A DNA stretch of 63,518 nt, counting the filler, from Sluysia triapertura (lineage: Eukaryota), in the NCBI GenBank assembly GCA_046118255.1. It is 5 parts of 5 records of this genome, joined end to end, with 100 filler letters (N's around TTAATTAATTAA, not from the genome) between each part and the next. Parts side by side here need not be neighbours in the genome. Positions count along the whole stretch, not along the records: positions 11,417 to 25,016 come from JBJNIA010029943.1; positions 25,117 to 39,719 come from JBJNIA010253635.1; 3 more parts are not named here. One strand, 5' to 3'. The position numbers were made by a program, and so were the translations under genes. Below are positions 24,891 to 39,164 of this stretch, in pieces; position 1 is the stretch's first letter, and every line of letters begins with the position of its first letter. Below the pieces are notes generated by a model that saw only the letters and a program-made list of their open reading frames with translations, had not been told where the DNA came from and ran no database searches.

Positions 24891-27800
24891 AAAATAGTGG
24901 TAGTGTTCGGTTTTTATCTATACGAACAATTATAAAAGAAATTTTAGAAAGCTGGGTCCGCCTACGTTAAACGATTTATCTTACCTAGAAGGACGTTTAC
25001 GTAGGATTTAAAGCTGNNNNNNNNNNNNNNNNNNNNNNNNNNNNNNNNNNNNNNNNNNNNTTAATTAATTAANNNNNNNNNNNNNNNNNNNNNNNNNNNN
25101 NNNNNNNNNNNNNNNNTATTAATATAAACGTTATTGTTAATTTTGACTTTTTAGCCAGTTTGAATATTGTTTAGTAGAGATTTATAATAATAAATTATAT
25201 TTTGGTTTTTATTTAATAGTAAATTATTGTGTTATTTTTGATTTGATTTCCAAGGGCCTAATTTTGGGGTGAACAATTATTCATATTAAGTACGACAATT
25301 ACTGAAAATTTATACTTGATCTAGTGACTACTTAAATTATTAAGATTCTTTTTAAGCTAATTAAAATGATATTGAGTCATCATAGCTAGTAATTTTCAAA
25401 GTCATAACACACACACATATATATATATATATGCCGGGTTTTTCTTTTTCTAAATAAACTTAACCTATCAGCAAAATTAACTTTCTTCTTACGTTGGGTT
25501 CACTTGTAATATTCGACTTATCGAGGCGTATTCACAAAATTTTCTTTAAAGGAAAAATAAGTATTTCCAAATTAAGCTCTTCTCAACTTTGCTATATTAA
25601 ACTATTAAGGCTATTAATTAGTCTGAGGGTCAATAATGATCTAGTTCTCCTCTAAATAATATACCTACTTATGACCTTACAACTAAATTAACTAAACAAA
25701 ATTTTACGAAGGTTTATTAAATTATAATGCATATTGAACTATTGAACAATAGTATATTAAATTGAACATTTAATTATAATATAAATAACAATGTTATAGA
25801 TAGAGATTTTAGGGTATATTCAAAGTTTAAAAAATTTAAGGTATAAATTATTGTTGACTTAAGCCCAGTAAAAGTGTTTATTAATTTAGAGATTATCGCC
25901 GACTAAAGGCTAGTGCAAACAGTTTAATTTTAGGTATGATTTTATAGCTTCTCTTAATGATATATATATACAACCTTTACATATATTAATTTTGTAATAT
26001 TAGTATATTTTTTCGGAAAACTCCCATTATTATTTGAAAGTATAACATTTGCATAATTAGGAATTCCTGGAAATCATAGTGTTAATATATTTATCATTTT
26101 ATTTTGGATTTCCAGTTATTGTTTAAGATTTGCAATATGCATTTTTAGAATTCCCTTTCTATTTTGATTTGTAATAGTCACATAAAGCAGATAAATTTAT
26201 TAGGTCATAATTGCGTTGCCTCCTGATTTATTGATGAAATAATTACATTGATATTGAGATATGATTTTTGCGACAATATTCTTTCTTATTTATTCGTAGT
26301 TAATTCATTAATATTATTGTGTATAAACTCATAACAAAATGTATTTGATTTTGTCATTATTAAATTATTGTTAGTCTCATTAATTTGAATTTCGAAGCAA
26401 CAATATTAATAAAATTTTAAAATCTTAGGGAAGTTACCATAAGTCTTTTTACTACAAGCTATTCATTTTATTAGGTTAAATTTAACTAAAATACCAATAA
26501 ATTTTCTGATGCCCGAATTGGGACAAACGAATTAACGGGCGGACAAATAAGACATACAAGATATAAACACAGTGCATTATTATGCATTAATATTGTTTAA
26601 GTTAAAGAATTTTCTTGATAATTACTTTACATTAATTATAATGTTTACGTAAAATTTCGAGTAATATATTAAGAGAAAATTTAAATATTAAGTCTAACTA
26701 ATATATTGAAATTATAAATTTATAAGACATTGCTAAATTAAGATCTTCGAAGTAGAAGAATTCATTTTGAACAAATGAGAAACATTTGCATGTCATTTTT
26801 GAAAAATCTAAAGCTAGAAAGTTAAACCTGAAATAAAATACATAATTTCTTTCATGCTATGCACGATAAAATTTACTCTAATTTATTGCTTAAGTAATGT
26901 AAAATACATGATATTTAAGAATTAGTTTCAATATTAAATTAGATATCGAAATAATTTGTCGAGTTTAGTGTTTGCAAGGAAATTACACAATTTATAAGTG
27001 TGAAAATTTATAAATTTAATTCTTAAAGTAACAAAACAATCAATAAAAGCCAGTTTTATTGCCTAAGTAATTAAAACACAAAACTATCGAAAATTGTAAT
27101 ATTTTCGCGATGAAAATTAGCAATAAACTAAAAATTGTGGTTTCACATTGAACAGTTACTACCAATTTCTTGGTTTTTATTCAAAAATCTATAAAATTAT
27201 CCATGACCTCTTAATTCCACCACTAATTAGTACCCGGTATATCTAGTGAAACTAGAAATAAAAGTAGATATATTCTAAAAGATCTGTTGTTCCATTATTA
27301 AGATAAATTTTTAATACATATTTGTATCAATATCAAAACAAAAGAATAATGAACAAGGTTTATCATAGTTTTACATAATTTGACTTTTCTACGAATTTTG
27401 ATTAAATTTTTTATATTGCAATGTAAATTTAAAAATTAACTGTATTTTTAAATTTTAGAAATTCTTTTTAATTATATCACACATTTTAACTATAAATTTT
27501 AACCCTTTGTGATCCATTGATGAGTTTGAAAATTAAGCCAATGAAATTTATCCAAACTTAATTTGTAATTATAAAATTAAAAAATTATTATCTCAAACAA
27601 TATAGTTTTTTCTTAAAATTGTAAAGCTTGGAAATTGTTTGAAATAACAAAGTGTAACATAACTATATTAAATTGGCGCAATTCTGATTAAAAAACATGA
27701 GGTACAAGAAAATAAAATTGAATACCAATAATGAGCACAACAGTGAACTGATTATTAAGATTAATAATTACACATAATAATAATAAATTATAATATTAGT

Positions 27801-28249
27801 ATGAATATAATTGAATTTTATATTATAATACAACTTTTTGATACAATATTTGAATTTGATTTATTTACAGAATTATAACTGAAAATTAGTAAAAAGAAAT
27901 AGGTTATTGTTTTTAGCCCTGCGGAGACGAGTGTGTTCCTCGTACAATCAAATGTCATACAACCTTGCACCGAAACTAACGGCAAAACCGGTCTAGTTTC
28001 TCACCAGTAACATGACATTTAAGCAATATCACGAATACGAAAAAAGAAATTTACATTCATCTAGTAGATCATCCGCGACCTCAGCAAGGTCAATAAATGA
28101 TCCATCTTTTACTATCATATGAAGAATAACTATATTTATTTAGAACAAAATTGTCTTTCTCTTCTATTGTAAATCATGTATTTATTTCGAATTTACAAAA
28201 TAATATTCATTTGCTTTTCAGAGTTGTACTATAATATAAAATCACCATC

Positions 28250-28420
28250 TTAACTTTCCGTCTACCAATAGGGTCCAATGGACCAAAGTGTAAATATTTT
28301 ACAGGTTATTTTCTAGTAGTATGTTACATATTCAGAACATTCTTTTGATTTTCTGACTTATTATATTGTAGATCAATGGGTCCAATGGATACATACATTT
28401 TTTGATAGACGGAAGATTAA
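28250..28420. mobile_element. piggyBac-like MITE
   Basis: TTAA at both ends. TIRs TTAACTTTCCGTCTACCAA and (reverse complement) TTAATCTTCCGTCTATCAA. Two internal GGGTCCAATGGA motifs. Confidence 0.7.
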
Positions 28421-28604
28421 TTTAAAATGCGTACAATTCTTTTCTAATAATTACATAAAATATAAACAGCCATATTGTTGAGATTCTGGTAATATTTAAA
28501 AAAATAATAAAATATTGATTTAAATATAATGTAAAAATTTTATTATCTAAATTGTAATGAAATTGTAATAATGCAACTACAAAGACTTTAGTTGCATTTT
28601 AGTT

Positions 28605-29372
28605 CACTAGAACTCCCAAAACTGGAACATGTTCAATGTTTTGCAAAATCAATTAAATATATTTTGTTAACTGTATGTACATAATTACATATACTTACTG
28701 AAAATTAGATAATAAAAGCATTTAATAAAGAAACATATTCTCTAAACTGAATTACAGTGATTTTATACGCTTTTAAATATTGACTGCTTAACCAAATTTT
28801 ATTAATATTTAATTTTGCAGGTGGCTGGTGTTATAATTAAATAAAATCTTTATTCATCAATGACTAACTCATCTGCATCTAGAGTGCCTTAACAAGATTT
28901 CGGAATTTTGATGGCTTTGAAAATTCTGTTTAGCTATTTCTTTTGTAACACATATGCTTGCATAAGACAGTCTTCTGTAAAACAAGAATTATTCTCTATG
29001 AATTTGAGCACAGTCTCTATTGACTTCTCGCATTTTCCAATGATATCTCTTCACAATTTTCATTTTGAACATTTGAACAAGAATCTTCTGATTTATTTTC
29101 CGAATCATTACTTTCCTGATCAATAGTTTGTTTCAATTATTTCATCATAATTTATCCGTGCTTCAACATCATTTGCATCAAGCAGATTCATAAATGAACT
29201 ATTTTTGTAAGATGGCTAATGTTAATGATTTGGTGAGCTATTTTTCGGTTTATTACTATTTTCTGAAAGAGTGTGACATGAGTAAAATTATACTAAAAAT
29301 ATAAGCTACAAGTATGTTCGAGTTTAGGAAGTTGTTCCTGTTTCAGGATGTTCAGTTTTGGGAGTTGTAGTG
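28605..29372 (-). mobile_element. pogo/Tigger-like internally deleted element
   Basis: TIRs CACTAGAACTCCCAAAACTGGAACAT and (reverse complement) CACTACAACTCCCAAAACTGAACAT. The minus-strand remnant DVEARINYD...DSENKSED...ISLENA...IETVLKFIENN resembles a Tigger/pogo transposase C-terminus. Confidence 0.6.
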
Positions 29373-29759
29373 TATTTTAAATTTAATTAAATTTATTCTC
29401 TAATGTAATTTAAAAAATACCATACGAAATCGCTATTTATAAATTTTTAGTAAATTTTTCGAATAGTTAATATTTTAACAAAACTTAGCTATGAATTAAT
29501 TGCTTTAATTTCGGTTTTGCATACTTTCGATAAGAAATTAAATGATTTTAAATTAATATAAACATAATATTGATATTTACTGACCAAGTTAAATGCATTA
29601 AGTTAATAAACAAACTAAATTCCTTTGTTTTTCGAAAGTTCGTAATTAAATTACAAACACCTTCATTATTTGGAACATGAAATAAAAAATTAGCTAATTA
29701 TTCGAACAATAAAACATTAAATTTTCGTAGATTGAAACATTGTATGTATATGAGGTGGT

Positions 29760-30282
29760 ATATGAGGTGGTCAAATTATTAGAGTAAAACAGGAAACATG
29801 TTTTTCTTTGGTTTTCTTAATATTTGCTACCCTGGCCTGGAAACTCTACAGACATGAATCCCGTAGAAAATCTGTGGGAGATTGTCAAAAGGAGAGTTTC
29901 TACCCATAAATCAACCACTAGGACGGAACTTATTGAAACCCTGAAAAAGTATGGCATCACGATGACGAGATCAAGCTCATCGGGAAATTATTGGGATAAC
30001 AAAGGAGGGCAAACAAAGTACGAATACAATAGTTTGTACATATTTGATTTGTAGAAAATTGTGTTATCATTCTAGATGAATAAAATTTCTGTATGTTTTG
30101 GATCTCAATGCTTTTACTTTCACCAGAATTTTTTTTGGAGAAATTAGTTAATTTTCCAACATTTTATACTTTCCGTGACAATGTTTTTATACACTTTAGA
30201 TTATTAGTTTCATAGTATCCTCGAAAAATGTTGAATTTTATCACAAAAATGGTCTGTAGTCTAATAATTTGGCCACAACTAT
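29760..30282 (+). mobile_element. Internally deleted Tc1-like element with both TIRs
   Basis: WPGNSTDMNPVENLWEIVKRRV is the Tc1 WPxxSPDLNPIENLW motif. Left end GTGGTCAAATTATTAGAGTA matches the reverse complement of the right end, GTGGCCAAATTATTAGACTA. Confidence 0.85.
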
Positions 30283-31256
30283 ATTTCTGTTTGAGCACAC
30301 AAGATTTATAGAATAAGTTAAAATTAAAGTTGTATTTTTGAAATAGTATAAACTATTGTATAATAATATTAATCTTATTTTTATTTAATTAATTGTTAAA
30401 TTATTTGTGCTTTGTCGTTTTCACTAATTATTTGTTTTATCCTTAATCATGTAATTGTTACATTTTTAATATAAATGCAGTTTCGAAAGATATGCTTTTG
30501 AACAAGCTGAGCACTCTTCGCATCGCGTCAATCCAAACACAACAACTTTTTTGAATTATCTAACTTTTTAACTAAAAAAAATAGAAACATTTCAAAATTC
30601 TCTTGGCGATTTTGTCGAAATTTTACAGAAGCAAAAATCAATGGAAAGTGTACATTTGTGTAATAAATTTCAAGTTTCAATTATATTATTTTAAATTATC
30701 ATCGTCAATCTATATGTTCTTCACAATATTTAACCAGTGCATACACAAAGCACAAAAATAAAACAATTTGTACGCGGAATTAAGAAAAAATGTTAAAATT
30801 GTTCTACTTTTATTAATTTTTTTTACTACTTTTAATAGTAAAAAAACTATAAATAATTGCAAAATTTTCATTATTTTGAAAGTTCCCTTTTACATAAATA
30901 TTTTTAAATACAATAAAATCATATTCAAAAAATACTTATTATAATATGTTCCAATTAATCTACAGCGATATATTATTAATTTGAATTACTGATAGCTTCA
31001 TCTATTGTGATATTTTTCGGTATAGAATTGAGAATTGTAGTAAAATATTCGCTAACATTAACACCGTCGTATTCGGATTCAATAAAAAATGCATCGACCT
31101 GAAATATTAGTGAATAATGAAAATTACAAATAATCATAATTGTAAAAGCAATAATAGGTAAATCGTTTTAGTTGATTAGCAACAGTAAACGAACATTTAA
31201 TAAAATCTACCTATAAAAAATTAAATTTAAAAATACTAATTTCTTCTATAAATTTA

Positions 31257-31540
31257 GTGGCGGGAGGGAACATCAAATCAATGATAAGAAAATTCATTAT
31301 ATTTTACACGAATTTATACACGAAGCTGCCAGAGATATTTGTGTCGTGTATGGAGAGGATGCTATCGTTGAGAACTGCTCGTGATTGGTTTGCCACGTTC
31401 CAACACGATAATTTCGACCTCAACGACACTCCTTGTTCCGGAAGACCAGTAGAGATGGACGAGGACCAACTCGGGGATCTTTTGAAGGAAAATAGCTGCC
31501 AGACATGAAGAGAATTTCACGCCACCTTTGATTTCTTTGA
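31257..31540 (+). mobile_element. Mariner transposase N-terminal (HTH) fragment
   Basis: RTARDWFATFQHDNFDLNDTPCSGRPVEMDEDQLGDLLKEN matches the mariner WFxxFxxGxFDLxDxxRSGRP motif. Confidence 0.82.
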
Positions 31541-32399
31541 AAATAACCGTTTAAAAAGCGCGGTAACTTATAACTACAGTGATAATAAATAATTCTTAAA
31601 ATGATGTTAGCAGGATGCATATGTCGAGAAAGTATAGAATAAAAATTCGGAATTTCAACGATTTTTTGATAAAGCAATATTTTAATAAAGAATTTATAGA
31701 AAAGTTCGAATGATCAGAAAAAAATAAAAATTAGAAAAAAAACAAAAATATGAAATAATCTGTCAAAGTGAATAAGCATTCAAAAATATCCACGTTTCAA
31801 AATGGAATGCTATCAAACAAATACGGACAAGCACAAGTAAGTAAGGACGTAATTTAACTGTAGTATTGTTAGAGATTATATTAGAGCTCAGTATTTTAAT
31901 TTTATCTCAATTTAATTAATACAATTATCCAATTAATATAGACTACCAATAATATTTATTAATCCTTTCAATCCTACAATGGTATGTATGTTCCAATAAA
32001 TTTCTAAGAAACACTGCAAAGAAAATACGTTATTTAATTTGTAATGTCTCGAGACATACATATTCCATTAAATTATTCAATTACTAATTAAAAATGATAA
32101 TAATCGACATATTTCTTGTTTCAGTATGTGTATTAGTGTGATTACTATACTAAAAATTAGATCTAAAAATTGAAATGGTTAAATATAAATGCTAAATTCT
32201 ATGATTATGATTCTATAATTTAATAATCAATACAATATTTAAGCGTTCACCCAAGAAATCACGTTAAATTAATCAAAACACAACTAAAAAACTCCAAATA
32301 GATACACAATTTGTTAATAAGATATAAACTCCAAAAAAATTAAAATAAAATAACTAAAGTTGTTTAGTGCTTCATAAAGCACTCAGAATCACTTACTAA

Positions 32400-32620
32400 C
32401 TATTAACATATCTAACTTGTATTTAAATTATTTTAAAGGTCTTAAACGCTTGTCAAGGTTTCCGATATTCTTCAAGGTTGATAAGATCGTAAATAATCTC
32501 AAGGTTCACAAGTTCAAGGGTACTTTAACAGTTAAAAATGTTTCCAATACAATCTCAAGTTACCTCAAGAGTCTCTGGAATGACAACAGATGCTTTAATT
32601 TTCATAATACTTTTTTTAAC
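32400..32620 (+). repeat. Dispersed repeat, inverted copy at ~49500-49700
   Basis: AAGGTTCACAAGTTCAA core; the ORF-track peptides NNLKVHKFKGTL and NNLKVHKFKSTL are homologous. Confidence 0.7.
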
Positions 32621-35600
32621 AATATTTTATTAACTCCCTCCAAACAAATGTAATTACCGGAAAATTGTGTGATCTTGGACATCACAACTTCAGTCAAAAT
32701 AAACAAGATGCAGATTATTTAAGACAAGAATGAGCATTGCACAATGAAGAATAAGGTTATATAATACAAATTCGAAAAATTTTACATAGAAAAGCACGAA
32801 TTAGCAAAATCAATTGAACCAAAAAACAAACAATCGAACCGTTCACCAAGGAACAGAACAACTCTTTGAAATAATAAAGACATTCTCATACAGAATCCAC
32901 AATTATAGATCATATACTGTACGATTACAAAATACGTATTTTAAACACTTTTGATTACTTATTTCATAGTAAATATTAACACCACATAAATTGTATTATT
33001 ATTGTTGAATATTGTTTTGATTATTTCATTACTAATTATTTTTACTATTATTATTATTATCACTACTTATTTTGTTACTGTAACTAGTATTACACTACTT
33101 ATTATAGATTATTACTTCTTATTATCACTTACTATTATTAAATTTAGCCATTACTAGTTATTATTGTTATTAGTATTACTTATTAACTATTATTATCATT
33201 GCTGAAATACCATTATTGTTATTTAATTCAAGCAAAATATAAAAAAATTAATTATTTTATGTTTAACAAAACATAGTATAAATACTGCTACTGAAAATAA
33301 AAATCACACAAAACAATAGAAAGCAAGGCCGGAGTTGAAGAATTTAAACTGAATAAATTGAATTTATCGATACGCATTGAACATTTATTATAAATAGAAA
33401 TTAATTGAACATTCTGATTCTAATTGAAAAAAATAAGTAATATTATATTTTGTCTGAATAATAAAAATTAATAAAATAAAATTTTTTGATAGAATTTTAA
33501 AAAATTAAAACTATCGTTCTTTCAGTATACATATCGAATAAATTTCAAATTGTTATAGTCAATAAATTTTAGCGTATTTTAGTTTCATTAATTTATTAAA
33601 AGTTGAAGATAGTGTCCCAAAAGAAAAGTAAAATTATTAATTGTATTAGTAAAAAATAAATTTAACATTTAAACTCAGACTTTTAATAGAACAAGATTTT
33701 ATTTTATTTGATATCAGACTCAAAATTTACTTCACGTTTCCATTTCAGATCTCACACTTCTAGATAAAATAAATCTAAAATATAAGCATTACTTAAATAG
33801 TAAAACGATAGAGAGTTTAAGTTGTTATTGACGAATAATAATTTATATAAGTGAGGATATTTAAACTATTGTTGAAGACTAAAAGGGTACATTAGCTACA
33901 ACTTAAAGCTACATCGATTGAAAAAACATATACTTTTATAAAGAATTACAAAGGTTATACAATAATTTTAAAAAAGTTTACTTTACTATAGAATAAAATT
34001 GGCTATATGAAGAAATGCAGTACTCGTGAAAATACTGAAAAATACTTAAAACAGTTCTTTTATTTAAAACTGTTATAACTGCAATTTTTCAGACAGACTT
34101 CTTATATTAAAATTTTAAAATAAGTTGATATATATTAGTCAAAGTTTTGTGACAGTTTTAAATATAAAGTTTAACCAGAATAATTTTAAGAAAATTTAAA
34201 AGTTTTATCTAGTTAAATTTTTCATTACAACCAATCATTCTTATTACAGATGCATTAGAAAAGTTCTATATATCTTTTGAAAACAATAACAAAACAATCA
34301 AAAACCTAAATCAATAGTAATAATAATAAGACATAATATGTTCTATATTTTATATGCTTTAAACATAATAACTACTTATCAGGGAAATACTCAAATACTC
34401 AAGGTGTCAAGACTCAGAAAAATAATAATGGTAAAATAACGTAATAATTTCAATAACGATAATATTGCATTATTATTATTAAATTTATTTTAAACTAACT
34501 TTAAATTCAAAACTTAATTAAAATAAAATCAAAAATAAAATTCAAGATCAATACAAATATCATAATCAAATAAGAATGACGACAGATGAACTTTCACTAA
34601 TAGAATAAACTAATAAAATAAACTAATATTAAAAATTATAAATAAAAATGAGGAATGAAGTAGCCAATTTGATTGGTTTTCGTCAGAAAATAATTTTTTG
34701 ATAAAACTTTGTATTGTTTCGAAATCAAAATTCGTTACAATCCATTAAAAGTGGCTACTGTATAAAACATTTTTCAAAATTTGAAATTTTTGAAATCTAT
34801 TTATCCTAACTTTAAGTTGAAAAGCTGAATTCTCGAAACTTATAAACTCGCCCATTATAAACCGAACTGAGAATGAATAAATTTTCAATTTGACAAGCAG
34901 ATTCTTAGATGAAACACATCACCTTATACAAACTTCACTTTAATTAATACGAACATTACATTAATTTGAAAATTTCAATGAAACATTATTTAACTGCATT
35001 TCAATACGTACTATACATATCTAAATTCAAGACAATCAATAATGAAAAACTTGAAAACAGATCGATGAAAACGATGAATCAGTGAAAGATTTAGTTTTTT
35101 TGCTTCTAACAAAAATCTTCGTGTTAAATAGTTTTTTCAAATGATTAGACAATGAGGTATAATTTTATGTAAAAAATGTTCCCATACTCTAAGATACACA
35201 CACGTATTTTGAATTATTAACTCTTCTTTATTTAAAACAATGGCATTACTTACACACACATTTTCTCTATCCACTTACTATTCTTATCAACACATGCACA
35301 CATACCTCGAGAAAAATGTAATTACTCTGTAACAAAGGGTTTTGCTCTGAGTATCCCTTTCATTTTGTTTTTATATTTTATATTTTCAGATTTTCATTGA
35401 TGACATTTCGACATTAAAATCACAATAAATATAATCAATTTCTTAATATCTTATTAATAATAGTGCCGTGTAAATATTATTTCATTATTCTGAACAAATA
35501 CCTAAATTAATTAATTCGATGCTATATTAAAATATCAACACATAATTCGAACAGTCATTCGATAATTAAACTTAATTAATAAGATTTTAAATAGGTTAAT

Positions 35601-37015
35601 ATAAAATAAAGCTTACCTTCAAAAAAAACAAAACCTTACCATCTCTTCAATTCTTTAGTTCTCGCTAAAACTTCTATTTATTTTATCACTGTTATTTTTG
35701 AAACTATTTTAAAATTAGAGTCGAAAATGTGTGGTGATCTTAGTTTTGAATTTGAACACATTTCCGGATTTTATTATTCTGTTTTATTTGATAAATTTTA
35801 TTTACAATATTTTTACAGTAATAAGGACCTTAAGTCCACTTATCTTAATCTTAAATTTATATGCCTAAACTCTAAACAAGATAACAATATTATTCGGCCA
35901 TCTCAATGGTGTCAGGAGTGGGATCTGAAATTGCATTTTCGATATTTTGATATATTACTCGACTATCGTTCACTAACATATCCGAAGGTTTCACGGAGCA
36001 GTCAGAGAACAATTCCAACATATAACCGTGATTGTTACGATATCTAACGAAAGGACCTTGTTTATAACCCATTTCGTCTACATATGAAAACTGAATAGCT
36101 AGTTACATGACCATTAAACACTTTAAAATATTCAGAAACTAAATAATGTACATAATTTGAGAATCTTTTTAAAAGGTATATCTTCATGTGATATATCAGT
36201 ACTATATATATTCACTTTAGTTACGTAATCACAAAAGGTAGGCAGTTCAGAGACGTTTGTAAAAATAATAATAATAATAATAGGAGTAATAATACAGAAG
36301 AAAATGTGTGATAATTAACGCAATATTGGTGCAGATGAGAGAGGCGATATCAGCGGATTAAAGGCAATGCTATGTGATTAATTATTGTAATAAATATATT
36401 GTATTATTTTAAAAGTAGGTATATTGAAAATATGTTTAAAGTATGTTTTATTTTAGGCGTTATCGTGTGTAAAAGATGTAGCAAAGTTGTACTGCGTGTG
36501 GAGTATTTGTAGGTGAGTTTTTTTTGGTTTGTGGATCAGTTGAACACTACACCTACAACAAATTTCCCTCCTGGATTGAAAAAATCACAGAAACATAGTT
36601 GCCGTCGTAGGGAAGTGAGAAAGTTTCATTAACTGTTTCATTTGTGATTAATAAAGTTATTTAAGAAATTATTTATTAAAATATTAATTGTTGCAAGACG
36701 TTATACAAAATTAACTGTATAACTTGCCTCTAACATTAATCTCTTTTCTTAACACTACAAATCGATGTACTGGCCCTTTAATGAGTAAGTCCAGTATCAT
36801 AGAAAACTCACTTAAAATTGAATAACTTAACAAATATAAAGAAGATAAAATTAAAGTTCACATACAACGACTTAGAGTTTAATATTTATTTCCTAACATA
36901 TAAAAACTACAAGTTAAGAACAGATTAAACTTTTTTACGTATCGTTTATTCCTTGCATAATCTCCAAAATAATAATAAGTATAACTTAATATTAAACCTG
37001 TTAGACTTCGTAAAA

Positions 37016-37087
37016 TGGACTGACCGGGAATCGAACCCGGGACCTCTAGCTGCGAAGTTCGATGTTCTACTACTGAGCTATCAGCCC
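37016..37087 (-). tRNA. tRNA-Ala-derived degenerate copy (pseudogene or SINE head)
   Basis: GGGCTGATAGCTCAGTAGTAGAACATCGAACTTCGCAGCTAGAGGTCCCGGGTTCGATTCCCGGTCAGTCCA. Paired acceptor stem with G3:U70 and A73, intact T arm/B box. The anticodon stem does not pair and the D-loop GG is mutated. Confidence 0.75.
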
Positions 37088-39164
37088 ATCTAACAAATTT
37101 ATTTTATTATAGTCAATTTACCAAATGGTACTTTAAGCCTTTTACCCCAACAAACCTAATTTAAATATTTTTGGAATTATTGATAGGAATCTATGCTACA
37201 AATAATTTTTTTGTCATTAATGTTAAAGTAACGAGCAGTCAAAGTTATTCAAAGTATTTTGCTAAATAATATGAATGACGAAGGTTAAGTTGGGTGTATC
37301 GCATAATTGAAATTGTAGTGTATGCCCATCAGATGACTAAGTGCTACATTAATGACGATAAAATATCGTGTGATTTACTCTTTAGTCTACTCAAACTGGA
37401 TTCATCGGAACTTTGCCGAATGACTTACCAGTTTTTCCGTCAAGAGCGCCGCAAACAAATTTTATTTCCGGTAGCTAAGATCTTACGTCTTGATCGGCGC
37501 AGTGGAGTCTGTACTGCAAGCATAACTTTAGGAGATTGTTTTGCAGATGAAGATGTTTTATTAATGTTATGCTTCAGATGAGGTACCATTGTGGCAATCT
37601 GTACTAAGAATAAACGCATAAAATAATGGATTTAATAATGAAACGAACGAGATAAAGGATTTATTACATTAAAGCTTAGTAATTTGGATTCTGGAGCATT
37701 CATATGTAATTGTTTCATAATTATATTTTTGTGATTTTTAAGGTATTTTAAATGTTAAGTAACAATTAATGATTTAGTATTAAGTATAAGTGGATAAATT
37801 TTATGAATATTTATGACAAAAAGCATCTTTACTACTGCTCAACATTTTTATTTTGCTTAATTTTTTATGTATAGAAGACTTTGCAGCACCTTAGTTAAAC
37901 TTTTACCTGAAAAGTTTATGATTAAGTTTTAGATTTGTTGTCGAGCATGGGACCGAAATATTATTGCTATGATTAATATTATTAATGCTGTTAACGGTTC
38001 GTGCAACAATTTTGTTCGTGACTTTTATTTAGGTGCACGATAAATTTTATTTTTAAAATTAATTAATTTAAAAATTATTTTAATTTAATATATTTAAATA
38101 TAATTTAAAATAATTTTTTGTAATGTTGCATTTTCCCTTTGATTATAAATTCCTCATTTAAATTTCTTAGTTATCTTTATATTTTTTTAATTGCTTAACG
38201 TATTAATTTATATTGCGATCATATTTATTATAAAGTACTCAAACGTGCTTAAAATAAATTATTCATTTGGCATTTTTGAAACAGAAAGAACGTTGCCATT
38301 TTCTTAAATATTTCATAATCTTCCAGTAATTTGACATTCTCTGGTAGCTAGTATATGATCAATTACCTACCTTATGATCACTGTGGATTTTGTGTAAATT
38401 GTGTCTCAATGAAATTTTCATCTTGGTTTTAAAATTTTTTATTATTTCTGGGAGTTATTCGGGACTTCCATAATGCAAACATTTGTAAATTCTTGTCATG
38501 ATTTTGAATTCTACTCTTGCATTTATTGGCGACCAAAGTAATTTTTTAAGATATTTTGCCTACTTGGAAAATTGTTTTGCTACTTGATTAATTAGTAATT
38601 CTAAATTTTTTACCTTTGCAGGTGAGATTACGTGTACTATGCCATTGTTAAATCTTATGTTGTTAGTTGCCAATAAGTAAATAATTGGTTTACTTGTTAC
38701 TGTAAATTTATTAATTTTTTTAATTAGAATGTAAAAATTTTTGTTTTGTTTTAATTATTTGTTTTTAATTTATTATTTTTATTATACCAAGATTATAAAT
38801 AAATTATAATTAAAAATTTAATTTTGTTTAAAATTACATTTGTTTAAATGTTTAAAATTAATGCAGAAAATAAAGGGAATTATTTAAACTATTAATTAAT
38901 AAAGAAAATTAAGGTAATTATTATTTTATAATTTTATTTTTAGAAAAAAGAAAATATTAAATCAATTACTATTTTTAGAAGAGAAACAAAGAAATAATTA
39001 TTTTAATATTGTAAGTAAGAGTTAATATAAATAGAAAAAAATTTAGAAATCTTTTCAATCATTATATTGTTAAAGAACAGTTCCTGCTATTAAACTTATA
39101 TCTTTTCCATGGCAAAGTAATTAATTTTTGCATATGTTTAAAACTGCCTCACTTTAATATGAAG

